A stretch of DNA of 16,362 nt from Vulcanimicrobiota bacterium (GTDB lineage: Bacteria > Vulcanimicrobiota > Vulcanimicrobiia > Vulcanimicrobiales > Vulcanimicrobiaceae), in the NCBI GenBank assembly GCA_003135555.1, contig PLCF01000086.1, positions 37,108 through 53,469 on the forward strand, written 5' to 3'. Shown one piece after another: positions 8,577-16,362 of this stretch (position 1 is its first letter; every line of letters starts with the position of its first letter). Position numbers and translations under genes: made by a program. The notes beneath the pieces are model-generated. The model ran no database searches. It had not been told where the DNA came from and saw only the letters and a list, made by a program, of their open reading frames with translations.

Positions 8577-8602
8577 AAAGAGCAGGCGGTCAGTTCCGCC
8601 GC
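8577..8602 (-). terminator. Possible intrinsic terminator of the tRNA-to-coaD run
   Basis: Minus strand GC-GGCGG-aactga-CCGCC-t-GC followed by TCTTT, 11 nt after the stop at 8614; the U-tract is short. Confidence 0.4.
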
Positions 8603-8613
8603 ACCCGATCGGC

Positions 8614-9165
8614 CTAGACCGATTCGAGCTCGGCCGTCTCGGTTTGCTGCGCGTCGAAGGACGCGCGCTTGGACTTCGCGGCCGCGTCGGCGAGCGAGGC
8701 CCCTACCGGCACAGCCGCCGAGGTTTTCGCAGCCGTCAACGCTTCGATCCCCTTCTTCACCGAGCCCAGCGCGCCGCTCAGGCGCACGTCGAGGTCGGTA
8801 AGGATCTGCGCCGCATACGCATCGGCTCCGGCGCGAACGCGCAGCGCTTTGTCCTCGGCGTCGCGCAGCACGACCTCGGCGGTCGAACGGGCGCGGCGCG
8901 CGATCTCGTGATCGTCGATGAGCGCGCTGGACTGCGAAGACGCCTCGACCACGATCGCCTGCGCTTTCTCCTGCGCCTCGCGCACGAGCTTGTCGCCGTT
9001 CTTCGCGATCGTACGGGCGCGGCCGACCTCTTCGGGCAGCGAGGCGCGCAACTTCTCGATCAGCTCGAGGATCCGCTCTTCGCTCACGACGCGGTATCCG
9101 AACGGCAGCACGGTGCCTTGCTTCACCGAAGCTTCGAGCTTGTCGATCACGCGATAGACGGACAT
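8614..9165 (-). CDS. Coiled-coil protein of the family found downstream of coaD (SepIVA/DivIVA-like; often annotated as ATPase subunit H-like)
   Basis: SD AGGAGG 9173-9178; IDKLE..V..G..LPF....V..E.IL..I..LR.SLPEE...A, then a long EA-rich coiled coil and GADAYA..IL; conserved position after rsmD-coaD. Confidence 0.8.
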   Translation of the reverse strand: MSVYRVIDKLEASVKQGTVLPFGYRVVSEERILELIEKLRASLPEEVGRARTIAKNGDKLVREAQEKAQAIVVEASSQSSALIDDHEIARRARSTAEVVLRDAEDKALRVRAGADAYAAQILTDLDVRLSGALGSVKKGIEALTAAKTSAAVPVGASLADAAAKSKRASFDAQQTETAELESV

Positions 9166-9176
9166 TGACGGGCCTC

Positions 9177-9689
9177 CTAGCTTCTGGGTGGGGGGCGCTT
9201 GGATTGCATGACCTTGAGGACGGCGGGCGGGACGTACTCGGTCACGTCGCCGCCGAGGTTGTAGACTTCTTTGACCAGGGTCGAGCTGACGAACGACCAG
9301 CGCGCGTCGCTCGGCAAGAACACCGTGTCGACGTTGGACAGCGAACGGTTCATCAGCGCGGTCGACATCTCACTCTCGAAGTCCGAGACCACCCGCAGTC
9401 CTTTGACGATGACGGTCGCTTCGCGGTGCCGCACGAAGTCGGCCAGCAACCCGCGAAAGTGGTCGACCTTCACGTTCGCCAGGCCCCCGACGGCTTCGCG
9501 GATCATGGCCTCGCGCTCGTCGAGCGTGAAGAGCGGTTGCGCCTTTTGCGGGTTCACCACGACCGCGACGAGCACGTGGTCGAAGATCGCGGCAGCGCGC
9601 TGGATCACGTCGAGATGCCCGCGGGTGAGCGGGTCGAAGGAGCCGGGATAGATCGCCGAGTGGCCGGCCAGCGTCGAGGCTTCGTTCAT
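9177..9689 (-). CDS. coaD: Pantetheine-phosphate adenylyltransferase
   Basis: AIYPGSFDPLTRGHLDVI, NPQK..LF..DER, GLL.DF, IVKGLR..SDFE.E, FVSSTLVKE; ATG overlaps the rsmD stop (ATGA). Confidence 0.97.
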   Translation of the reverse strand: MNEASTLAGHSAIYPGSFDPLTRGHLDVIQRAAAIFDHVLVAVVVNPQKAQPLFTLDEREAMIREAVGGLANVKVDHFRGLLADFVRHREATVIVKGLRVVSDFESEMSTALMNRSLSNVDTVFLPSDARWSFVSSTLVKEVYNLGGDVTEYVPPAVLKVMQSKRPPPRS

Positions 9690-10246
9690 GCCGCGGGCTC
9701 GAGCGGGTGCAGGAACGTCAGCGCGACCTCGCCATAGCGCTCGGTACGCTCGACCTGCATCGCGGGGTCGGCGGGGCCGGGCTCGTGCGCCGAGTGTTCG
9801 TAGACGACGGTGGTCGAGGCGTCGATCGCCCGCCGCGCGGACAACGTTCGAAACGCGGCGGCCGGATAGGGCGTCGCGTAGGGCGGGTCCGCGAATACGA
9901 GGTCGTAGCGGCCGTCGAGGACGCGCGCCGCCCGTTCGGCGGGCGCCGCGATCACGTCGACGTGCGCGTCCACGCCCAGCTCGCGCGCCGCGGCGCGCAG
10001 GGCGGCCGCGGTGGGGCGGTGCTTTTCGACAAACGTGACGTGCGTCGCACCACGCGAGAGCGATTCGAAGCCCAGCGCACCGCTGCCCGCGAAGAGGTCC
10101 AGGACCCGCGCTTCGGCGACGCGCGACCCGAGGATCGAAAAGAGCGCTTCTTTCACGCGAGCGGGTGTCGGTCGAACCGCAAAGCCGGGCGGTGTCGGAA
10201 CACGCCGGCTGCGCAGCGTGCCGCCGGTGATCGTCAGCGTCCCCAT
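9686..10246 (-). CDS. rsmD: 16S rRNA m2G966 methyltransferase
   Basis: ITGG, VRPT..RVKEALFSIL, VLDLFAGSGALGFESLSRGA, ADPPY, YG...L; adjacent to coaD. Confidence 0.95.
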   Translation of the reverse strand: MGTLTITGGTLRSRRVPTPPGFAVRPTPARVKEALFSILGSRVAEARVLDLFAGSGALGFESLSRGATHVTFVEKHRPTAAALRAAARELGVDAHVDVIAAPAERAARVLDGRYDLVFADPPYATPYPAAAFRTLSARRAIDASTTVVYEHSAHEPGPADPAMQVERTERYGEVALTFLHPLEPAA

Positions 10247-10251
10247 AAGAG

Positions 10252-10935
10252 TTATGGGTCGAGTGTGTTCTCGACCAGCGTCTCGAGCTCCCGCAGCGCG
10301 GTGATGCGAATCGTCGGCGGCGGGAGGTCCTGTGGATAACTTTGCCCCTCCCAGTCGAACCACACGCCGCGCAGGCCCGCTGCCAGCGCCCCGGCGACGT
10401 CGCCGCGTGCGTTGTCGCCGACGTACCAAAGGCGTTCGCGCGGGACGCGCAAAGCGTCGACGAGCGCGTCGAACGCCGCGCGCTCGGGTTTGACGGCGCC
10501 GAGCGCATCGCTCACCAGGATCAGCGCCGGCGCGGCGCCGTCGAGCGCGCGCGCGATCTTGCGCTGCTGCAGCGGGGTCCAGCCGTTGGTGAGGATCGCC
10601 GTTGCAATCCCGCGGTCGCGCAACGCCGCGAGCGTCTCGCGCGCGGCGTCGACCGGACGCACCAGCTCGTCGACGAGCGCGTAACAATGCTCGCGCCAGC
10701 GCGCGGGGTCGGCGTTGCGCGCGCCCAGCCCGGTCGCGAACTGCTCGATCATCGCGTCCATCGTCATCTCGCCGGTACGGAAGCGGCCCAGCAGATCGTC
10801 GATCCGTTCGCGCCCGACGGCGTCGGCGGGATCGAGCGGCCGTCCCAGCTCGGCCGCAAACGCGCACAACGCTTTGCGCTCGAGCCCGTTGTCGACGCCT
10901 AGCGTATGATCGAAGTCGAACCCGATGGCCGTCAT
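10252..10935 (-). CDS. HAD-superfamily hydrolase (subfamily IA)
   Basis: Motif I FDFDHTL, motif II ILTNG, motif III KP, motif IV VGDN..GDVAGA..AG; ATG overlaps the recG stop (ATGA). Confidence 0.9.
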   Translation of the reverse strand: MTAIGFDFDHTLGVDNGLERKALCAFAAELGRPLDPADAVGRERIDDLLGRFRTGEMTMDAMIEQFATGLGARNADPARWREHCYALVDELVRPVDAARETLAALRDRGIATAILTNGWTPLQQRKIARALDGAAPALILVSDALGAVKPERAAFDALVDALRVPRERLWYVGDNARGDVAGALAAGLRGVWFDWEGQSYPQDLPPPTIRITALRELETLVENTLDP

Positions 10936-12953
10936 GCCGTCACCAAGAACGCGCGCGCCGAGACGTTGGCGTCGACCATCGCGCTCAGCGCGGCGTGCTC
11001 GGGGGCCTCCAACGCCGGATCGCGCGAGACGATCGCATCGGCGGCCTCCTTGGCGCGCATGTAGAGCGCGAAGTCGTCGACGATGTCGCCGATCGTTCCC
11101 ATCTCGCCCGCCTGCGCGGTGCCGGCGAGCTCGCCCGCGTTGCGCAGCCGCAGATCGGCTTCGGCGATCGCAAAGCCGTCGGTCGTTTGCTCGAGCACGT
11201 GCAGGCGCTCGACCTCGCCGGCATCGTCGGCCGGGACCAGCAGGCAGAACGACCGCGCGACGCCGCGACCGACGCGGCCCCGCAACTGATGCAGCTGGGC
11301 TAGGCCGTAGCGCTGCGCGTCGAGCACCACCATCACCGAGGCGTTGGGGATGTCGACCCCGACCTCGACGACGGTCGTGGAAACGAGCACGTCGGTTTCG
11401 TGGCGCTTGAAGCGTCCCATCGCCGCGTCTTTCTCGCGCCCCGGCATCTTGCCGTGCAACACGTCGACGCGCAGGTCCGCAAAGGTCTTCTCGCGCAAGC
11501 GCTCGGCTTCTGCCAGCGCGCTGGTGAGGCTGTCGTCATCCGCCTCGATCGCCGGTGCGACAACGTAGGCCTGCTGCCCGGCTTCGACGTTCTTGCGCAC
11601 GAACGCGTACACGCGGTCCTTGCGGCTGGCACGGATGACGAACGTTTCGATCGGGGTGCGCCCCGGCGGCAGCTCGTCGATGACCGATATGTCCATGTCG
11701 GCGAACTTCGTCTGGGCCAGCGTCCGCGGGATCGGCGTCGCCGTCATCGCGAGGGTGTGCGGCGCGCCGCTCTTGGCGCGCAGCGCGGCGCGCTGGCGCA
11801 CGCCGAAGCGGTGCTGCTCGTCGATCACGACGAGCCCCAAGCCGGCGAACGCGACGCTCTCGGTGAGCAGCGCATGCGTGCCGACCGCCAGCGCCGCTTC
11901 GCCCGACGCGATGCGCTCCTCGGCGCGGCGGCGCTCGCGTGCGCCCATCGAGCCGAACACCGCTTCGACCGCGATCCCGAAGGGGAGCAACAGCGGCGCC
12001 AGCTTCGCGGCATGCTGCGCCGCAAGGATCTCGGTCGGCGCCATGATGGCGGATTGCAGTCCGCCGCGATGCGCCAGCACGATCGAGGCCGCGGCCACGA
12101 GCGTCTTGCCGCTCCCGACGTCGCCCTGCAACAGCCGATTCATCGGCGCGGTGCGACCCATGTCGCGCCAGATCTGCTCGATGACCCGCTGCTGTGCAGC
12201 AGTGGCCTCAAACGGCAGCTGCGCGGCGAAGGCGTCCCAAAAGCCGCCCGGAACGTCGATCGCGTGGGCTCCGCCTTCGGCTTCACGGCGCGCGCGTTTG
12301 AGCGCCGCAGCGAGCGCGATCGCGAAGAACTCGTCGAAGACGATCCGTTCGCGCGCCCGCGTGGCGGCTTGCGGATCGCGCGGGGTGTGTACGTCGCGCC
12401 ACGCCTGCGCGAGCGGCGGAAAGCCGAACCGCCGCACGAGGGCCGGCGGGAGCGCGTCGACCTGGGCCGCGATCAAGCGGGCCAGATTCTTGGCGATCAC
12501 CGCCCGGATCGTTCGGCTCGGCAGATCTTTCGTCGCCGCGTAGATCGGGACGATCTCGCCCTCGTAGCCTTCGTCCTCGCGCAGCAGCTTGTGGCTGGTG
12601 ACGTTGATCTCGGGCAGCAGCCCGGCACGCATGACGCGCCCGGCGACGAATAGACGGTCGCCGGGCGAGAGCTTTCCGAGCAGGTACCCGCGGCCGAAGA
12701 GCTTGGCCTCGACCCGGCCGGTCGCATCGGCGAGAACGACGGTCACCAACGGAAGCCGGCCCTTGCGTTCCTTGACGTGAACGATGCGCCCGACGACGAT
12801 GGCCTCGCCTTCGGCGAGCATCGCGATCGGAACGGGTTCGCGCCAGTCGCGATAGACGCGTGGAATGTACCGCAGCAAGTCATCGGGCGTGGCGACGCCG
12901 ACCTCGGCAAACTTGGCGACGGTTCCCGGGCCGATGCCCGCGAGCGCGCTCAG
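10932..12953 (-). CDS. recG: ATP-dependent DNA helicase RecG (start codon uncertain, non-canonical)
   Basis: LSALAGIG...DDLL...P..Y.D N-terminus, OB/wedge region, MNRLLQGDVGSGKT, MAPTEILA.QH, IDEQHRFGV.QR, MTATPIPRTL, TTVVEVGVD, QLHQLRGRVGRG, DGF.IAEADL.LR. Start tentatively set at CTG 12953. Confidence 0.96.
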   Translation of the reverse strand: MSALAGIGPGTVAKFAEVGVATPDDLLRYIPRVYRDWREPVPIAMLAEGEAIVVGRIVHVKERKGRLPLVTVVLADATGRVEAKLFGRGYLLGKLSPGDRLFVAGRVMRAGLLPEINVTSHKLLREDEGYEGEIVPIYAATKDLPSRTIRAVIAKNLARLIAAQVDALPPALVRRFGFPPLAQAWRDVHTPRDPQAATRARERIVFDEFFAIALAAALKRARREAEGGAHAIDVPGGFWDAFAAQLPFEATAAQQRVIEQIWRDMGRTAPMNRLLQGDVGSGKTLVAAASIVLAHRGGLQSAIMAPTEILAAQHAAKLAPLLLPFGIAVEAVFGSMGARERRRAEERIASGEAALAVGTHALLTESVAFAGLGLVVIDEQHRFGVRQRAALRAKSGAPHTLAMTATPIPRTLAQTKFADMDISVIDELPPGRTPIETFVIRASRKDRVYAFVRKNVEAGQQAYVVAPAIEADDDSLTSALAEAERLREKTFADLRVDVLHGKMPGREKDAAMGRFKRHETDVLVSTTVVEVGVDIPNASVMVVLDAQRYGLAQLHQLRGRVGRGVARSFCLLVPADDAGEVERLHVLEQTTDGFAIAEADLRLRNAGELAGTAQAGEMGTIGDIVDDFALYMRAKEAADAIVSRDPALEAPEHAALSAMVDANVSARAFLVTA

Positions 12954-13594
12954 ACCGTGGGCTTGGCGCGCCGCGATAGCTCCGCTCCCACGTCGTCGAG
13001 CGAGACGCCGCGCTCGGCCAGCAGGACCAGCGCGTGGTACAGCAGGTCGGCGGTCTCCCAGACGAGCTCGCCGCGGTCGGCGTTCTTGGCGGCGATCACG
13101 ACCTCGGTCGCCTCCTCGCCGATCTTCTTCCCGATCCGGTCCACGCCGCCGGCGAACAGCTTGGCCGTGTACGATCCCTCGACGGGGTTCGCTTTGCGCG
13201 CCGCAATCGTGCGGGCCAGCGCGGAGACCGCACTGACGAACGTCGCGCCCTCCGGTGCTTGCTCGGCGTCTTCGAGCGGTACGGTCGTGACGAAGCACGA
13301 CGCCGCACCGGTGTGACAGGCCGGACCGGCCGGGATCACGCGGTACAAGAGCGCATCGCAATCGCAGTCGACCGAGACCGATACGACGCGCTGCGTGTTG
13401 CCGGAGGTCGCGCCCTTGTGCCACAGCTCGTTGCGCGAGCGGCTCCACAGCCAGGTCGAGCGCGTCGCCAACGTTTTCTCGAGCGCTTCGCGATTCGCAT
13501 ACGCGAGCGTGAGCACCGCGCCGGTCGTCGCGTCGGCGACGACCACCGGCACGAGCCCGTCGGCGGGCCAGCGGATCTGAGGCAGCTGCGTCAT
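12950..13594 (-). CDS. hisIE: Bifunctional phosphoribosyl-AMP cyclohydrolase / phosphoribosyl-ATP pyrophosphatase
   Basis: GLVPVVV.D, WSRSR.ELW.KG.TSGN, DCDxD, ACHTG..SCF, then [31 protein letters not shown] overlaps the hisF stop. Confidence 0.97.
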   Translation of the reverse strand: MTQLPQIRWPADGLVPVVVADATTGAVLTLAYANREALEKTLATRSTWLWSRSRNELWHKGATSGNTQRVVSVSVDCDCDALLYRVIPAGPACHTGAASCFVTTVPLEDAEQAPEGATFVSAVSALARTIAARKANPVEGSYTAKLFAGGVDRIGKKIGEEATEVVIAAKNADRGELVWETADLLYHALVLLAERGVSLDDVGAELSRRAKPTV

Positions 13595-14370
13595 ACGGGT
13601 ATCGGCTCGCGGCGCACGACGACCCCGGCCGCGGCCAGCTCGTTCTTGAGATCGCCGATCGACAACTCCGCATAGTGGAAGAGCGACGCCGCCAAGGCCG
13701 CGTCGGCGTCGGCCTCTTGGAACACGGCCACGAAGTCGCCCACGCTGCCGGCGCCGCCCGAGGCGATCACCGGCAGATCGCAGGCGTCGCGAATCGACCG
13801 CGTCAGTGCCAGGTCGTAGCCGTCGCGGGTCCCGTCGCGATCGATCGAGGTCACCAGCAGCTCGCCGGCTCCGAGCTCTTCGCAGCGCCGCGCCCACGCG
13901 ACGGCGTCGCGCCCGGCCGGCGTGCGCCCGCCGTCGACGACGATCTCGAAGCCCGAGGGCATGCTCGGGGCGCGGCGGACATCCATGGCCACGACCACGC
14001 ACTGCGCGCCGAAGCGGCGCGACGCCGCGCGGATCAGCTCCGGGTCGCGGACGGCGGCCGAGTTGAGGCTGACCTTGTCGCAACCGGCGCGCAGCAAGTC
14101 CGTGACGTCCTCGACTCCCCGAACCCCGCCGCCGACGCTGAAGGGGATGGTCAGCTCCCGTGCGACCGCGCGCACCACCTCCAACGTCGCGCGCCGCCCT
14201 TCGATGGTGGCGGTGATATCGAGAAAGACCAGCTCGTCGGCGCCTTCGGCTTCGTAGCGCCGCGCCAGCGCGACCGGATCGCCCGCGTCGCTGAGCTCGA
14301 CGAAACGCACGCCCTTGACGACGCGGCCGTCTTTGATGTCCAAGCAGGGGATGATGCGGCGGGCCAACAC
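13591..14370 (-). CDS. hisF: Imidazole glycerol phosphate synthase cyclase subunit
   Basis: GTG start, [25 protein letters not shown]...[61 protein letters not shown]. Confidence 0.97.
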   Translation of the reverse strand: MLARRIIPCLDIKDGRVVKGVRFVELSDAGDPVALARRYEAEGADELVFLDITATIEGRRATLEVVRAVARELTIPFSVGGGVRGVEDVTDLLRAGCDKVSLNSAAVRDPELIRAASRRFGAQCVVVAMDVRRAPSMPSGFEIVVDGGRTPAGRDAVAWARRCEELGAGELLVTSIDRDGTRDGYDLALTRSIRDACDLPVIASGGAGSVGDFVAVFQEADADAALAASLFHYAELSIGDLKNELAAAGVVVRREPIPV

Positions 14371-14405
14371 GACCGGGCAGCCTTCGCCGCCGGGAGCTTC
14401 GGGTC

Positions 14406-15833
14406 TTACGGCGCGGCGCGCGCGCCGACGTTGCGAAACGCCGTCCCGAGGTTCTCGTCGTTGTGGACGACCCGCAGCGCGATGATCGCGAGGTCGTCCT
14501 GCACGCCGCCGCTGTAGGCATCGGCCGAGGCGACGAGCAGGTCGCACAGCGCTTGCGGATCGGCCGGCGCATCCCGCAATAGCGCCGCCACGCGTTCTTC
14601 GCCCAGCATCTCGCCCGCCGCGCTGCGCGCCTCGGTCAGCCCGTCGGTCGCAAGCAGCACGATGTCGCCCACCGCGAGCGGCACGGACTCGGTGGCATAC
14701 ACCTCGTCGCGTGCGATGCCGACGATCGACCCGGTGGGCGGCAGTTGCTCGATGAGCGTCCCGCGCCGGACGTAGGCGGTTCCGTGCCCGGCGCTGGCGT
14801 ACCGCAAGGTCCGGCTACGCGCATCGAACGCCCCCAAGAAAATGACCACGAACACCGCCGGGTCTTCGAACGTGTCGAGGAACAGCCGGTTGAAGCGGCC
14901 CACCACGTCGGCCGGATCGACGGCCTCGGCGGCGAGCGCGCGGATCGCATACTGCGCGAACGCCGCGTGGCGCGCCGCCTCGATCCCCTTGCCGCTGGCG
15001 TCGGCGATGAGGAACCAGCCGAACTCCGGCCCGGCGCGCCAGGTGTCGAGCACGTCGCCGCCGACGAGGGCCTCGCGGGTCGCCGAAGCGTAGGCCGTCC
15101 CCATCTCGGTGCCGGGAAGGCGCTGGCCGCCCACCCGCAGGGTCCGTTGCAGCGCGTCGACGAGCCGTTGCTCTTGCGCCAAACGCGCGACGGCGCTGGC
15201 CCGTCCGATCGCGTACCACAGCGCGACGATCGCGAACAAGGTGACGAAGCCCGCACTGATCGCCACCGTCGCGTTGATGCGCTTGCGCAGCGAGCCTTCG
15301 ACGCGCGCGCTCGCCGCGCTCAGCGTCGCGCGCACTTGGCGCGCGTCCTCGCTCATGAGGTCCGTGATCTGCTTGCCGCGGGCTTGGCGCGAGTAGGCGT
15401 CGCGCGCGCCCGGATTTTGGATCAGCGGGATGCCGACCGTTTGCTCCCAGGACTGATGGCGCATCCGCATGTCGCCGACCGTCGCTACGCCGCTGGGAAT
15501 CCCGGCGTCGCGCAGACGCGTCTCCAGCGCGAGCGCCTGGCGATCGAAGGCGGGATCGGGGGGCTTGTCCTCTTCGAGGAACAGCGGGTCGTGCGTGGAC
15601 ATGTAGCCGCGCAACGAGGTCTCCTCGGCCAGCTGGATCCGCAGCAACGCGTCGAGATCCGAGCGAGCGTTCGCCAAGCGTACTTGGGCGCCCGACGCGG
15701 CGTCGAGCTGGCGGACGCCGATGAGCGGCCCCGCGATCGCCGTCGCGAGGAACGCGGCGACGAGCAGAACGATTGGAGGCGACGCCCAGAATCGAACTGG
15801 GGGTGGAGCTTTTGCAGAGCTCTGCCTTACCAC
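14406..15833 (-). CDS. Membrane sensor PP2C-type phosphatase (TM - CHASE3-like - TM - SpoIIE/RsbU domain); start uncertain, candidate GTG lies inside tRNA-Cys
   Basis: TM1 [34 protein letters not shown] (CHASE3-like); TM2; LQRTL; PP2C motifs [36 protein letters not shown]. Product call is strong, the start coordinate is not (alternatives ATC 15773, CTG 15767, TTG 15677). Confidence 0.88.
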   Translation of the reverse strand: MVRQSSAKAPPPVRFWASPPIVLLVAAFLATAIAGPLIGVRQLDAASGAQVRLANARSDLDALLRIQLAEETSLRGYMSTHDPLFLEEDKPPDPAFDRQALALETRLRDAGIPSGVATVGDMRMRHQSWEQTVGIPLIQNPGARDAYSRQARGKQITDLMSEDARQVRATLSAASARVEGSLRKRINATVAISAGFVTLFAIVALWYAIGRASAVARLAQEQRLVDALQRTLRVGGQRLPGTEMGTAYASATREALVGGDVLDTWRAGPEFGWFLIADASGKGIEAARHAAFAQYAIRALAAEAVDPADVVGRFNRLFLDTFEDPAVFVVIFLGAFDARSRTLRYASAGHGTAYVRRGTLIEQLPPTGSIVGIARDEVYATESVPLAVGDIVLLATDGLTEARSAAGEMLGEERVAALLRDAPADPQALCDLLVASADAYSGGVQDDLAIIALRVVHNDENLGTAFRNVGARAAP

Positions 15834-15847
15834 TTGGCTACGTCGCC
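15774..15847 (-). tRNA. tRNA-Cys (GCA)
   Basis: GGCGACG TA GCC AAGTGGTAA GGC A GAGCT CTGCAAA AGCTC CACC CCCAG TTCGATT CTGGG CGTCGCC T CCA: all four stems pair perfectly, U73 discriminator, encoded CCA. Confidence 0.97.
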
Positions 15848-15855
15848 GACATCGT

Positions 15856-15929
15856 TGGAGCGGGTGGCGAGAATCGAACTCGCGCGTCAACCTTGGGAAG
15901 GTCGCAGGCTACCATTACATCACACCCGC
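15856..15929 (-). tRNA. tRNA-Gly (CCC)
   Basis: GCGGGTG/CACCCGC acceptor stem, anticodon arm CGACC-TTCCCAA-GGTTG, T arm GCGAG-TTCGATT-CTCGC, U73 and encoded CCA; the D stem pairs weakly. Confidence 0.95.
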
Positions 15930-16044
15930 GCCGGGACGGGTCGCGCTGTTCCGCACCTTGACCTGCTAACCCTGGCGTCGTTCCGAACGTTTCTCTGGGT
16001 ACGAATGGTCCGCGGCGTACGCCGCCGCGACCCCGGAGGACCCC

Positions 16045-16362
16045 ATGAAACGCCTGCTCGCCGTCGGCCTTACGCTCTTCCTCGCCACCGCCGCCGCGGG
16101 CGCCGTGCCGGCGGCTGCTCAGAGCAGCGACGATCAAGTCGAGACGCAAATCGGCCAGCAAGAATACCAGGCGCTCCAAAAAAAGGGCGAGCTCATCAGC
16201 AACTCGCCGTACTACGCGGTCCTCAATCCCATCGCCCAGCAGATCAAGCGGGTCGCCGATCCGCAATACTTCCATCCGTTCCAATTCATCCTCGTCCACG
16301 AGACCCAGCCCAACGCGTTCGCCGTCCCCGGCGGCAACGTCTACGTCACCGACTCGCTGATG
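16045..16362 (+). CDS. M48-family zinc metallopeptidase (BepA/YfgC-like), N-terminal part, truncated by window end
   Basis: SD GGAGGA 16035-16040; signal peptide MKRLLAVGLTLFLATAAAGAVPAAA; E.QIG, F.F.LV....NAFAVPGG.VYVT..L. HEXXH would lie beyond the window. Absent from the ORF track because no stop is in the window. Confidence 0.88.
   Translation, partial: MKRLLAVGLTLFLATAAAGAVPAAAQSSDDQVETQIGQQEYQALQKKGELISNSPYYAVLNPIAQQIKRVADPQYFHPFQFILVHETQPNAFAVPGGNVYVTDSLM

Noticed and set aside
13350..13372. Extra Cys in the HisI motif (DCDCD)
   Set aside because: It falls at the variable x of DCDxD and the catalytic Cys residues are intact; no evidence of altered function.
9177..14572. ORF-track extended versions of coaD (443 aa), rsmD (393 aa), recG (913 aa), hisIE (540 aa) and hisF (318 aa) as possible fusions
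   Set aside because: The extensions are off-frame read-through of the upstream genes; family homology begins only at the trimmed starts, several marked by ATGA overlaps.
15900..15922. Poorly paired D stem of tRNA-Gly(CCC) as a sign of a pseudo-tRNA
   Set aside because: Acceptor, anticodon and T arms, discriminator and CCA are intact, and weak D stems are not unusual in Gly tRNAs.
15774..15929. tRNA pair as an integration site for a genomic island
   Set aside because: No integrase, no duplicated tRNA 3' end noticed in the window, and housekeeping genes lie directly downstream.
15838..16299. 153-aa minus-strand ORF covering tRNA-Gly and the M48 gene
   Set aside because: Antisense shadow of the M48 peptidase, which has an SD, signal peptide and family motif.

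Overview
High-GC bacterial chromosomal window with no integrase, transposase, CRISPR array or rRNA that I can see. The gene content is Terrabacteria-like, possibly Eremiobacterota, but that is an unverified impression. Left part: 3' end of an AMT2/MEP-type ammonium transporter, a possible small membrane protein, a secreted prolyl oligopeptidase, a small membrane protein, a stand-alone molybdopterin oxidoreductase and two convergent uncharacterised envelope proteins. Right part: one tightly packed minus-strand run of tRNA-Gly(CCC), tRNA-Cys(GCA), a CHASE3-like/PP2C (SpoIIE/RsbU-type) sensor phosphatase, hisF, hisIE, recG, a HAD hydrolase, rsmD, coaD and a SepIVA-like coiled-coil gene, with a divergent M48 peptidase cut by the window end. 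The most unusual feature is that the phosphatase has no space for its own start. Its first TM helix begins at the base after the tRNA-Cys CCA, and the nearest canonical start upstream of that helix is a GTG inside the D-loop of the intact tRNA-Cys, so tRNA and CDS appear to overlap on the same strand. recG also lacks a canonical start codon.
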